Of a stretch of 21,087 bases of DNA, positions 8,389 through 16,246 are shown one piece after another. Under the pieces are notes generated by a model that was not told the DNA's origin, ran no database searches, and saw nothing but the letters and a program-made list of their open reading frames with translations. The position numbers and the translations under genes are program-made. Numbering within the stretch: position 1 is the stretch's first letter; every line of letters begins with the position of its first letter. The stretch comes from an uncultured archaeon (GTDB taxonomy: Archaea > Asgardarchaeota > Lokiarchaeia > Sigyniarchaeales > SOKP01): positions 1 to 21,087 of the forward strand of contig CAZBPC010000060.1 of the NCBI GenBank assembly GCA_964493715.1. Reading direction: 5' to 3'.

Positions 8389-9333
8389 TTGTTTAATATT
8401 GATATGGATAGTTTAGATTTAGACAAAACATATGATCTAATAGTATTGGGTGGTGGACCTACTGCGATAGCTTGTGCAATTTATGCCGCTCGATTCGCTT
8501 TAGACGTATTAGTTGTAGGTAAGATATTTGGAGGATTAATCGCAACCACCGATATTGTCGAGAATTATCCTGGAATCACCTCAACAAGCGGTCAAGGGTT
8601 AATGGAAATGTTCAAAGACCACATGAACTCATTGAGTATCCCTTATATTTCTGATGAGATTAGAAGCATTGAAAATGCCGGAAACTATTATATTTTGCAT
8701 TCATTTTTTCAAAAATTCAAGACAAAGTCGATCTGTATTGCTACGGGTTCAGAAAGGCGAAAATTAGGAATTCCCGGTGAGGCTCAATTTGCAGGGAAAG
8801 GAGTCTCTTATTGCGCTACATGTGATGGTCCTTTTTATAGAGATAAAGTGGTTTGTGTTGTTGGAGGGAGTGATTCCGCAGCAAAGGAAGCCTTATATTT
8901 AGCTCAAAATTCAAAAAAAGTATATATTATTTATCGAAGAGAAGAAATTCGAGCAGAACCTATAAACAAGAAAAAAGTTTACGAAAATGGCAAAATTGAA
9001 ATAATCAATAACACAAACGTGGTAGAAATTGTTGGTAAAACAAATGTAAATCATATAATTTTTGACAATGGAAAAGAATTAGAGGTTGATGGGGTTTTTA
9101 TTGAGATTGGTTCAATCCCTAATTCCGAGATTGCCAAAAGAATAGGAGTTAAGACAAATGAAAAAGGAGAAATCTTCATTAATAGAAAGTCTGAAACCAA
9201 CATACTAGGAATATTTGCTGCGGGAGATGTAGCAGATGCTCCTTTTAAACAAGCGATTACAGGGGTTGCGGAAGGAGTTATTGCCGCTTACTCTGCATTT
9301 GATTATATAAAGGATGTAGATATTGAATACTAA
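8389..9333 (+). CDS. trxB: Thioredoxin reductase (low-Mr flavoprotein)
   Basis: GGGP FAD motif, ENYPG, IATG, GVSYCATCDG, VVGGSDSA, YRREEIR, GIFAAGD. AGGAGG SD inside the upstream gene, TTG start. Confidence 0.95.
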   Translation: MFNIDMDSLDLDKTYDLIVLGGGPTAIACAIYAARFALDVLVVGKIFGGLIATTDIVENYPGITSTSGQGLMEMFKDHMNSLSIPYISDEIRSIENAGNYYILHSFFQKFKTKSICIATGSERRKLGIPGEAQFAGKGVSYCATCDGPFYRDKVVCVVGGSDSAAKEALYLAQNSKKVYIIYRREEIRAEPINKKKVYENGKIEIINNTNVVEIVGKTNVNHIIFDNGKELEVDGVFIEIGSIPNSEIAKRIGVKTNEKGEIFINRKSETNILGIFAAGDVADAPFKQAITGVAEGVIAAYSAFDYIKDVDIEY

Positions 9334-9431
9334 ACTGTCTTATTGTTTGGAAATTGGGATTAATTTCAATTATGTGCACTCCAACAGCAGATAAAATGAC
9401 TGTAAAGAATCTCAAAATAAAATCCTGTAAC

Positions 9432-9938
9432 TCATAGCAATCTTATTTGGTCTAAAAAATCATCAATAAAGTATATATTTTCGGGATCTAATAAATCCAT
9501 CATCTGCTGAGATAATAGTTTTCTAAATGACCATATTTCAACTTTTTTATTTAAATCTTTTAACTTTTTGACTACTGGAACAAAATCACTGTCTCCGCTT
9601 ACGATGATTATCGTATCAACACCTCTTTCGTAAGCAGATGATATTATGTCAACTGCCATCAAGACGTCTATCCTTTTTTCTATTTTCTTCCCATTAGGAG
9701 CTACTTTAATTGCTCGTGTCTTTAAATTATACCCCATTTTATTTAGAGAACTAAACCACGCTTTCTCTTTATCTCTAACAGGGTACATTAATCCAGTATA
9801 AATATTAGCTTCAAGTAAATTTCTTTGTCTTTTAATAATTTTCTTTAACTTACTGTAATCACAATGAAAATTTAGAGATTGAAAAGAATGAAACAAATTA
9901 CTATTGTCTATATAAATTATTATATTTTCTGAGATCAT
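9432..9938 (-). CDS. NYN domain (LabA/DUF88, PIN-like) protein
   Basis: IYIDNSN, EKRIDVLMAVD, VSGDSDFVP and terminal FIDD motifs. Confidence 0.9.
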   Translation of the reverse strand: MISENIIIYIDNSNLFHSFQSLNFHCDYSKLKKIIKRQRNLLEANIYTGLMYPVRDKEKAWFSSLNKMGYNLKTRAIKVAPNGKKIEKRIDVLMAVDIISSAYERGVDTIIIVSGDSDFVPVVKKLKDLNKKVEIWSFRKLLSQQMMDLLDPENIYFIDDFLDQIRLL

Positions 9939-9945
9939 TTATTAT

Positions 9946-9967
9946 AAAAAATAAAAAAATAAAAAAA
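9946..9967 (-). terminator. Triple oligo-T terminator-like tract after the hsp20 pair
   Basis: Minus strand reads T7-A-T7-A-T6 starting 1 nt after the stop codon of 9969..10277. Confidence 0.55.
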
Positions 9968-9968
9968 G

Positions 9969-10277
9969 TTATTCAATATTCACATCAAAACTGTGAAATT
10001 CTGGTTCTTTGAAAGGTACTTCTATTTTTAATTGACCATTTTTTAATCGCGCTTTTGCTTTATCCACTGCAATTGGACAACAGACAGCATATGTTCCAAT
10101 ATAGATTTTATCTTCTCCTTCACCTTTGATAAAAAAAGAATCCTCTTCCATCTTTAGCTTTATACTTTCTTTGTCAATGCCAGGTAAGTTTATGTCAATG
10201 AAATATGTATCGTGATTATCATTTGGATACATAAAGATTTCCGGAGAAACATATGTTTTTTCCTTTTCTTCAGTCAT
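9969..10277 (-). CDS. Small heat-shock protein (Hsp20/alpha-crystallin), copy 2
   Basis: INLPGIDKESIKL, AKARLKNGQLKIEVP, C-terminal V-x-I motif. GGTGA SD upstream. Confidence 0.88.
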   Translation of the reverse strand: MTEEKEKTYVSPEIFMYPNDNHDTYFIDINLPGIDKESIKLKMEEDSFFIKGEGEDKIYIGTYAVCCPIAVDKAKARLKNGQLKIEVPFKEPEFHSFDVNIE

Positions 10278-10297
10278 TTATATCACCATCAATAAAA

Positions 10298-10606
10298 TTA
10301 TTCGATTGGAACTTCAACTGCATCTTCCATCGGATCTTTAAAAGGAATATCTATTTTTAAGATCCCGTTTTTGTACACAGCTTTACTTTCTTCGGCTTTA
10401 ACTGGGCAACAAATAGCATAGCTTCCTACATAAACAGTATTTTCAGTTTCTCCTTTGACAAAAAACGAATCTTCATGAACTTTTAACTTAATAGTATCTT
10501 TTTCAACTCCCGGCATGGTAATCTCAAAATGATAATTCTCGGTTTCATCATCTGCCCACGAGCAAACATCTGGAGAAGAAACAAACTTTTCTTTTTCTTC
10601 AGTCAT
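10298..10606 (-). CDS. Small heat-shock protein (Hsp20), copy 1
   Basis: ITMPGVEKDTIKL, KAVYKNGILKIDIP, C-terminal VPI. The ATG at 10606 gives MTEEKEK as in the paralog and has a GGAAGTGA SD-like element. Confidence 0.88.
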   Translation of the reverse strand: MTEEKEKFVSSPDVCSWADDETENYHFEITMPGVEKDTIKLKVHEDSFFVKGETENTVYVGSYAICCPVKAEESKAVYKNGILKIDIPFKDPMEDAVEVPIE

Positions 10607-10751
10607 ATATATCACTTCCTATTTATTTTTTAATTTATTTTCAACACTGAATGAGGAAAATTGGGCATATTAAAACTTCTGATAATGAAATATAAAAATT
10701 ATGAAGGATCCAGTTATCACTTAAAAGAAACTTGCAGTAAAATTCAAGAAA

Positions 10752-11420
10752 TTAAAAATTAAACAAAGGGATATTTCCTTCATAATAGAGCATTTCACCG
10801 TCAAAACTAATTCTTACTGTGATTAATTGAATGTCATTTGATCTTGCATCAGAAAGTTTTCGAGTAAATTTGGGATCAGTATGTTGATTTGGACTAAAGA
10901 ATTTTGCTTCCCTAAAAATTAAGAATAAAATAATCCCTCCATGATCAATAATTTCTTGGACATGCCTAACACCCCGTTCGGTAGGGGCATCGGGAAACAG
11001 AGCAATATCTCCTTTTACCAGGGTAACCCCTTTAACTTCAAGAGGAGTTCCATCTAAAGTAAAATCTATCCGACTTTTTCCAATAGAAACCTCTTTTTTT
11101 ATTTCTTGCACATCTGAGAAATTTGGAAGTTTTTTAAAGAGTTCCATCGCAATTTTGGAATGTTGTGCTGTATCAATTAACACCCATTCATCATCAGCCT
11201 TCACAGCACGCAAGTAGTAATCAAGCTTTCCCCTAGATTCGTTAAACAAAACTTTTCTTCCTTTAACTAATAATTCAGTGAGACGCCCTGGATCGTGAAC
11301 GTGAGCAATATAATTTTTCGTATTATGCATTATTTCGCTCACAAATCAATTAGGTCGCTTACAAAAGATTCCTTCATTTAGATCAGGAATTTTAAAAAGA
11401 GGAAGATGCTCAGGTTCCAT
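10752..11420 (-). pseudogene. sfsA: SfsA family DNA/RNA nuclease interrupted by an in-frame TGA at 11348-11346
   Basis: From ATG 11420: MEPEHLPLFKIPDLNEGIFCKRPN*FVSEI...AHVHDPGRL...SRIDF...EVKGVTL...FPDAPTERGVRHV. The stop replaces the Arg of the conserved RxNRF motif. The ORF track gives only the downstream part, 10752..11342. Confidence 0.85.
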
Positions 11421-11535
11421 CAATTTCCTAAAGAATATTCTTAAAGCTTATTAAAAGTAGTACTTTTTAAAAATTAAAAGATCTTGTTATATAATATAAT
11501 ATGAACAGATAATAATTTTAATTAGCTAGAATTTC

Positions 11536-11778
11536 TTGATGAATAACGCAAAAAAAACAAATACAATCGAAAGTTATAAGTTCCATCACATTGATACAAG
11601 CAAATGTGGTGCGTGCTCGTCGTTTAGTTGTGAAGAAGCTTGCTTTCGGGGGATTTATGAGGTTATTAATAAAGATACTGAACCAAAATGCGTGGTGGTA
11701 GAAGATCGTGAAGAAATGTGTGTAAAATGTCACATGTGTACAACCGCGTGTAAATTTGAAGCTATAACTATTGATTAA
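11536..11778 (+). CDS. 2x[4Fe-4S] ferredoxin-like protein
   Basis: CGACSSFSCEEAC (CxxCxxxxCxxxC) and CVKCHMCTTAC (CxxCxxCxxxC) followed by EAI. Probable start is the ATG at 11539. Confidence 0.85.
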   Translation: MMNNAKKTNTIESYKFHHIDTSKCGACSSFSCEEACFRGIYEVINKDTEPKCVVVEDREEMCVKCHMCTTACKFEAITID

Positions 11779-11842
11779 CGTAGTATTTTAAAAACATTAT
11801 AATTTTTGTCTCTAATTTTGAAAGTGAGATTGTTATTTATAG

Positions 11843-11850
11843 TTATAAAT
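11843..11850 (+). promoter_or_regulatory. Candidate TATA box for the Lrp gene at 11900
   Basis: TTATAAAT about 50 nt upstream of the ATG. Position is plausible but the DNA is AT-rich. Confidence 0.35.
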
Positions 11851-11899
11851 GATGAGCAATTATTCAATTCTAAGGAATATATATTTTTGAGATAATTTT

Positions 11900-12439
11900 A
11901 TGATTTCAGAAAAATTAAAGCTAGATGATATTGATCGACAAATAATAACACTAGTTCAAGAAAACCCTAACCTTACTCATACCCAAATTGCCGAAAATAT
12001 CAATAGGAGTCAGCCAACTGTTGGCATGCGCATTAAAAAGCTAGAAAAGGAAGGTATTTTACAATTTCAACCAGGTATTAACTTTAAGATAGTAGATCTT
12101 TTCCTTGCTACTGTCGAAGTGAATACGAGAAAACCAGAAGAAATTATAGAAATGGCCAAATTTTGCCCCTTTATACTTAATGCGTTCAGATTAAGTGGAG
12201 ATCATAATATATGTATCTTACTTGCGAGTTCGAAACTTGATAAATTAGATAAAATCGTAAATTATCATTTTCGCAACAATCCAGATATTAATTCATGTTC
12301 AATGGAAGTTGTTACAGAAATTTCGAAAGATTTAATCTTACCTATTGACTTTGATTCAGAAAGACACACTCCTACATTAGAGGATGGTTGTGGAGAGAAG
12401 TGTAAAGTTAAGATTGCCAAATCAAAAGGATTAGTATAA
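11900..12439 (+). CDS. Lrp/AsnC family transcriptional regulator, paralog 1
   Basis: LDDIDRQII...SQPTVGMRIKKLEKEGIL HTH, RAM domain LSGDHNI, C-terminal CGEKC. Confidence 0.9.
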   Translation: MISEKLKLDDIDRQIITLVQENPNLTHTQIAENINRSQPTVGMRIKKLEKEGILQFQPGINFKIVDLFLATVEVNTRKPEEIIEMAKFCPFILNAFRLSGDHNICILLASSKLDKLDKIVNYHFRNNPDINSCSMEVVTEISKDLILPIDFDSERHTPTLEDGCGEKCKVKIAKSKGLV

Positions 12440-12460
12440 TAAAGATAAGCATCTTATGAA

Positions 12461-13051
12461 TTATTCTTCCTCTTCCTCAGCCTCAGCTTCTACCTTAGCT
12501 TTATTAAACTGATATTTTGGAAGGTTCACATTTAGATTACAATCAGGACTGCAATTTAAAGCGTGAAAATCGAATTTTTCAATTTGGAAATCGATAGGTA
12601 CAACAAAATCATGAACCGATTCTATTAGAATATTGGTTTTTACGTTAATGACGTTAGGATCCTTTCTAAAGCATACATCTACTAATTTTTCTATTGTTTG
12701 GAGATCAGTCGCTGCAATAAAACATAATAAGTTGAATTCTCCCGAAATTTTAAAAGCATGATTGATAAAGGGACAGTTTGATATCTTGGTGACTACGTTT
12801 TCTACATCTTTTGTAGAGATGAAAACTATAGCAGTCTTAATATCCACTTCCTTAATATTAAAACCAACTTGTTTTGTTAAGAGATTCTTGCGTTCAAGCT
12901 TTATTATTCTTGCTCCTACTGCTGGTTGAGATTTGTCAATCTCTTGAGCAATTTTGGAATGAGTAATTGACGGATCTTTCTGAATTTGCATGATAATTTT
13001 CTTGTCATCCTCATCTATCCCTAAAAGTTCATTAAATGTTTTTTTTATCAT
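12461..13051 (-). CDS. Lrp/AsnC family transcriptional regulator, paralog 2
   Basis: IDEDDKKII...SQPAVGARIIKLERKNLL, ISGEFNL, C-terminal CSPDC and an acidic tail. Confidence 0.9.
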   Translation of the reverse strand: MIKKTFNELLGIDEDDKKIIMQIQKDPSITHSKIAQEIDKSQPAVGARIIKLERKNLLTKQVGFNIKEVDIKTAIVFISTKDVENVVTKISNCPFINHAFKISGEFNLLCFIAATDLQTIEKLVDVCFRKDPNVINVKTNILIESVHDFVVPIDFQIEKFDFHALNCSPDCNLNVNLPKYQFNKAKVEAEAEEEEE

Positions 13052-13230
13052 TCTCGTAGACCTAGAATAGAATTTGAAATTTAAACCTTCTCCCTAGAGA
13101 ACACAGTAAATATAAGGTTTTTTACTAAAATTCATTCTTTATAAGACTAAATGATTTCTAAATTATAAATGATTTTTTAAAATTAATTTAATGAATAATC
13201 TTGTTTAATATTCTTCTTAATTATGTAAAA

Positions 13231-14193
13231 CTAAATAACGCTTGAGAAGATATTCAAGATTATAATAAATCTTGTATAACCAACGAATCCAAAGAGAAAA
13301 TATAATGGATTTCCTTTCTCTCTCTCGGGAAGTAGCTCTCGAAAAATTGTATACATTATCACTCCTGAGATAAATGAATATAATACGTATAAAGCTTCCA
13401 GATTTATTGGATAGATAACTTCAAGTGTTAACCCAATCAGTACACCTAATGGAACTGCGCAAGAGATTAAAATCCTTTTTATGGTATTTGGAGAAATTTC
13501 CTTAATCTCACAAATATCTAAATCACTAAAGATAATGGGAGCTTCTGATCGCTGATAAATTACAGTTCTAAACCACGCAAAGAAGAAGAATAAGATCCCT
13601 AGTATGATAGTGTTGGGGATTAAATTATCATTCAAAAGACCTACAATAATTATTCCAATTAGCAGATAGTAGGTAAAGTTGGTAAAGAATCTAAGCTTCC
13701 TTAGATCTTCGCTGACACGAACTTGAATTTTCAATTTGTACCTATTAATTTCATTTTGATACTCTATTTCTTTTTCATTTAGCGTACTAAGAGTTTGGGC
13801 AATATCCTTTAAAGCAAATTCGTCTAATTCCTCATTATTAATTTGATTAGTTAATACATGTTCCATATTTTTTTCCACTTGTTCCAAAATTTTTTCTTTT
13901 TCCATTAATTTTCTCATCCTTTTTTGAGATTTATTTTCTACTTTCTGTAGAATCAATTTTTCGCTCACATGAACGAACACAAATCCAAAAACCGCAAAAA
14001 GATACTCAAAAATTACTAAATTAAAAGAATTTTCTGGAAGAACGACCAAAAAAAAATATGCAACTGAAATTCCGCCGATAAAGGAGACATAAAGGCGTGG
14101 ATGTTTTTTCTCAAAGAATTCAGTTATAAAGAATAACGCTGCTAATATTAAAGAAATTACAACTGTAATCAAGAAATCAGTTATTATTATCAA
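13231..14193 (-). CDS. ZIP-transporter-like membrane protein with a coiled-coil insertion
   Basis: Pseudo-repeated ZIP-type helices SFIGGISVAYFFLVVLPE and SFISGVIMYTIFRELLPE, about 8 hydrophobic segments, and a long charged helical loop. Confidence 0.6.
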   Translation of the reverse strand: MIIITDFLITVVISLILAALFFITEFFEKKHPRLYVSFIGGISVAYFFLVVLPENSFNLVIFEYLFAVFGFVFVHVSEKLILQKVENKSQKRMRKLMEKEKILEQVEKNMEHVLTNQINNEELDEFALKDIAQTLSTLNEKEIEYQNEINRYKLKIQVRVSEDLRKLRFFTNFTYYLLIGIIIVGLLNDNLIPNTIILGILFFFFAWFRTVIYQRSEAPIIFSDLDICEIKEISPNTIKRILISCAVPLGVLIGLTLEVIYPINLEALYVLYSFISGVIMYTIFRELLPEREKGNPLYFLFGFVGYTRFIIILNIFSSVI

Positions 14194-14295
14194 TAATTAC
14201 CCTGAATATTAAAAATTTTATAATTAACATAATAAACCAAAAAATTATAAACCTCAAGCTAATTTTCTTAAATATCATATTCTATTGTTAAGAAA

Positions 14296-15201
14296 ATGCC
14301 TGATTTTCTAATTATAAGTAGTACAGAAGATATAGCATCAATGAATATACGTAAAAGATTATTATCGTCCTCTCAGTATCATTTCCACAAGATTGACTCT
14401 TTGTGGCACGATAATATTTTATATGAATTTTCAAGATTTAATGAAGAAGAAAGAAATTCTCAAATAGAAGCAAATAGAATATATTTAGGTTTAACTAATA
14501 ATTCTTTAATCCATTTAAATGATCTCGAATTGAATGAAACGGAAATTAATTTCGATTATGTTATTTTCGCAAGTCGCCATAGATCAAAAACGTCACGACC
14601 CGCATTACTAGTACATTCTACTGGAAATTGGAGTAATGAAGCAGAATATGGAGGAAATCCTCATGAATTATCAATTACTAGTGCTCTACTTCGGAAATCA
14701 GGATATCTATCATTACTTTTCATTTCTCAAAAAGTAAAATTAGAAAAATTTGTGATTGATGTTGAGGTAACCCATCATGGTCCAACTGTTTTAAAAAAAC
14801 CATTAATTTTTATAGAATTAGGTAGTAGTGAAGAGGAATGGACTAATATTTTTGCAGCTGAGGTCGTAGCTAATAGCATAATCGAAACTATTTTGAGATT
14901 TCTTCAATATAAGGAAAACAAAGACCATAAAATTGGGTTAGGATTTGGAGGAACTCATTATGCTCCAAATTTCAGCAGGCTAGAGAAAGAAAACAACATA
15001 GCTTTTTCATTTATATGCCCGAAATATTTCATTAAAGAGTTAGATAGATCCATGATTGATCAAATGATTGGAAACACGGTTGAAAAGATTGACTATTTTG
15101 TTATTGATTGGAAAGGAACTAATTCAGAAGAAAAACAACATTTAATACATATATTGAACGAATATGAAATCCCTTTTAGAAAGACTAAAGATTTCACTTG
15201 A
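14296..15201 (+). CDS. dtdA: Archaeal D-aminoacyl-tRNA deacylase (DTD2)
   Basis: DIASMNI, FASRHRS, VHSTGN, EVTHHGP, FIELGS, GFGGTHYAPNF motifs. Confidence 0.95.
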   Translation: MPDFLIISSTEDIASMNIRKRLLSSSQYHFHKIDSLWHDNILYEFSRFNEEERNSQIEANRIYLGLTNNSLIHLNDLELNETEINFDYVIFASRHRSKTSRPALLVHSTGNWSNEAEYGGNPHELSITSALLRKSGYLSLLFISQKVKLEKFVIDVEVTHHGPTVLKKPLIFIELGSSEEEWTNIFAAEVVANSIIETILRFLQYKENKDHKIGLGFGGTHYAPNFSRLEKENNIAFSFICPKYFIKELDRSMIDQMIGNTVEKIDYFVIDWKGTNSEEKQHLIHILNEYEIPFRKTKDFT

Positions 15202-15209
15202 TTATATAA

Positions 15210-16088
15210 TTATGTGTTATTTTTTTCTTTTGAGTAATATTTTATCAATTTTTCAATTACTTGGTGAGATGCAATATATCCTTGAGTCGCTGCGCCTTCT
15301 AAAATACTATTTAAATATTCGATTTTTTCACCAATATGATTAATAACAGTTACGTTTAATTCTCGAATATTATAAAAGCTCCTCCAAATTCCAGTTGGCC
15401 AATCTATCAACGGTCGGAGAAGTGTATTGTATTTCTCTTCTCCTTCCTTGCTTAATTTTAATTCTTTCGTAATATTGTAGATGTTTGAATTTCCCTTTTT
15501 TTGTTTTTGAATAAAACCATCCTTTTCGATTTGGTTTAGATATTCCCTAGTATCAGTAAGAGTTAAGTTTATTCGAATCTTTTTCATATTTTCCATTATT
15601 TCCGAGTCTTTTAAACCTCTTAAATCCTTTACTTTAATCATCAAGTAATTTCTAGCTAATATGTTGTATTTCAATGGAACTGTTTCATTATCTAGCATAT
15701 TATATTGCACGAGATTTCCCAACAATGTGAATGCTACAAAATATTTAAGAACCAATTGATCTTGTTCTGAAAAATTCTCTTTAAATACATTTGAGTCGTT
15801 GAAAAAATGGTGATATAGTGTTTCTAATAATGTTTTGATAGTATGGAAGCAATCCTCAAATGCTACTTTAAGGGTGTTTAAAACATGGATTCTATAGTTA
15901 TTGTCTTTCAAAAAATTGTCTTTTTCAATAATGATTGGACGTATAAGGTGTGGATCTGGATTGAATTGAGCAAAAATGAGATCCCATTCTTTTTTAAAAC
16001 GAAAGGATTGAGTTTTTGCGATGATAGAAAGTTTGTAAATAACATCATATAATTTTACTAAAAATTGATCTTCTTTTATATCAGTCAT
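15210..16088 (-). CDS. Hypothetical protein with a probable winged-helix segment
   Basis: 292-aa ORF. GLKDSEIMENM...TREYLNQIEKDGFIQKQ...IYNIT resembles a wHTH helix-helix-wing. Confidence 0.6.
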   Translation of the reverse strand: MTDIKEDQFLVKLYDVIYKLSIIAKTQSFRFKKEWDLIFAQFNPDPHLIRPIIIEKDNFLKDNNYRIHVLNTLKVAFEDCFHTIKTLLETLYHHFFNDSNVFKENFSEQDQLVLKYFVAFTLLGNLVQYNMLDNETVPLKYNILARNYLMIKVKDLRGLKDSEIMENMKKIRINLTLTDTREYLNQIEKDGFIQKQKKGNSNIYNITKELKLSKEGEEKYNTLLRPLIDWPTGIWRSFYNIRELNVTVINHIGEKIEYLNSILEGAATQGYIASHQVIEKLIKYYSKEKNNT

Positions 16089-16246
16089 ACAGTTTTACCT
16101 TAGCTTTAAAAAACACAATTATAAATGAGATTAATATAAATTAACCTTCAAAATTTATTAAATTTGCATTCATTTATAGAATAATAAATTAATATCTTAA
16201 TATGGAAAATCGATCTTTTTTGCTCGATTTGCCTTAAATCATTATC

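Noticed and set aside
9334-9434. Read-through of the NYN TGA into a 21-codon extension containing CC
   Set aside because: The NYN domain is already complete at the stop, and a short open frame is expected by chance.
9432-11420. NYN plus SfsA nucleases as a defence or toxin-antitoxin system
   Set aside because: Both are common stand-alone archaeal genes, separated by the hsp20 pair, with no antitoxin or defence-associated partners.
11518-11733. Minus-strand 71-aa ORF
   Set aside because: Overlaps the ferredoxin, which has clear Cys motifs.
2-11778. Selenoproteins among the redox genes
   Set aside because: All catalytic positions I checked are Cys in uninterrupted ORFs. The only internal UGA found (sfsA) is at an Arg site, and I saw no convincing SECIS hairpin by eye.
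11900-13051. Lrp-like pair as siroheme decarboxylase AhbA/AhbB
   Set aside because: The H-x-Y-x-R and N-x-[WF/Y] motifs are missing, the genes are convergent, and there are no heme-biosynthesis neighbours.
13088-13101. Hairpin TTCTC-CCTA-GAGAA upstream of Lrp paralog 2
   Set aside because: Only a 5-bp stem, single occurrence, too weak to call.
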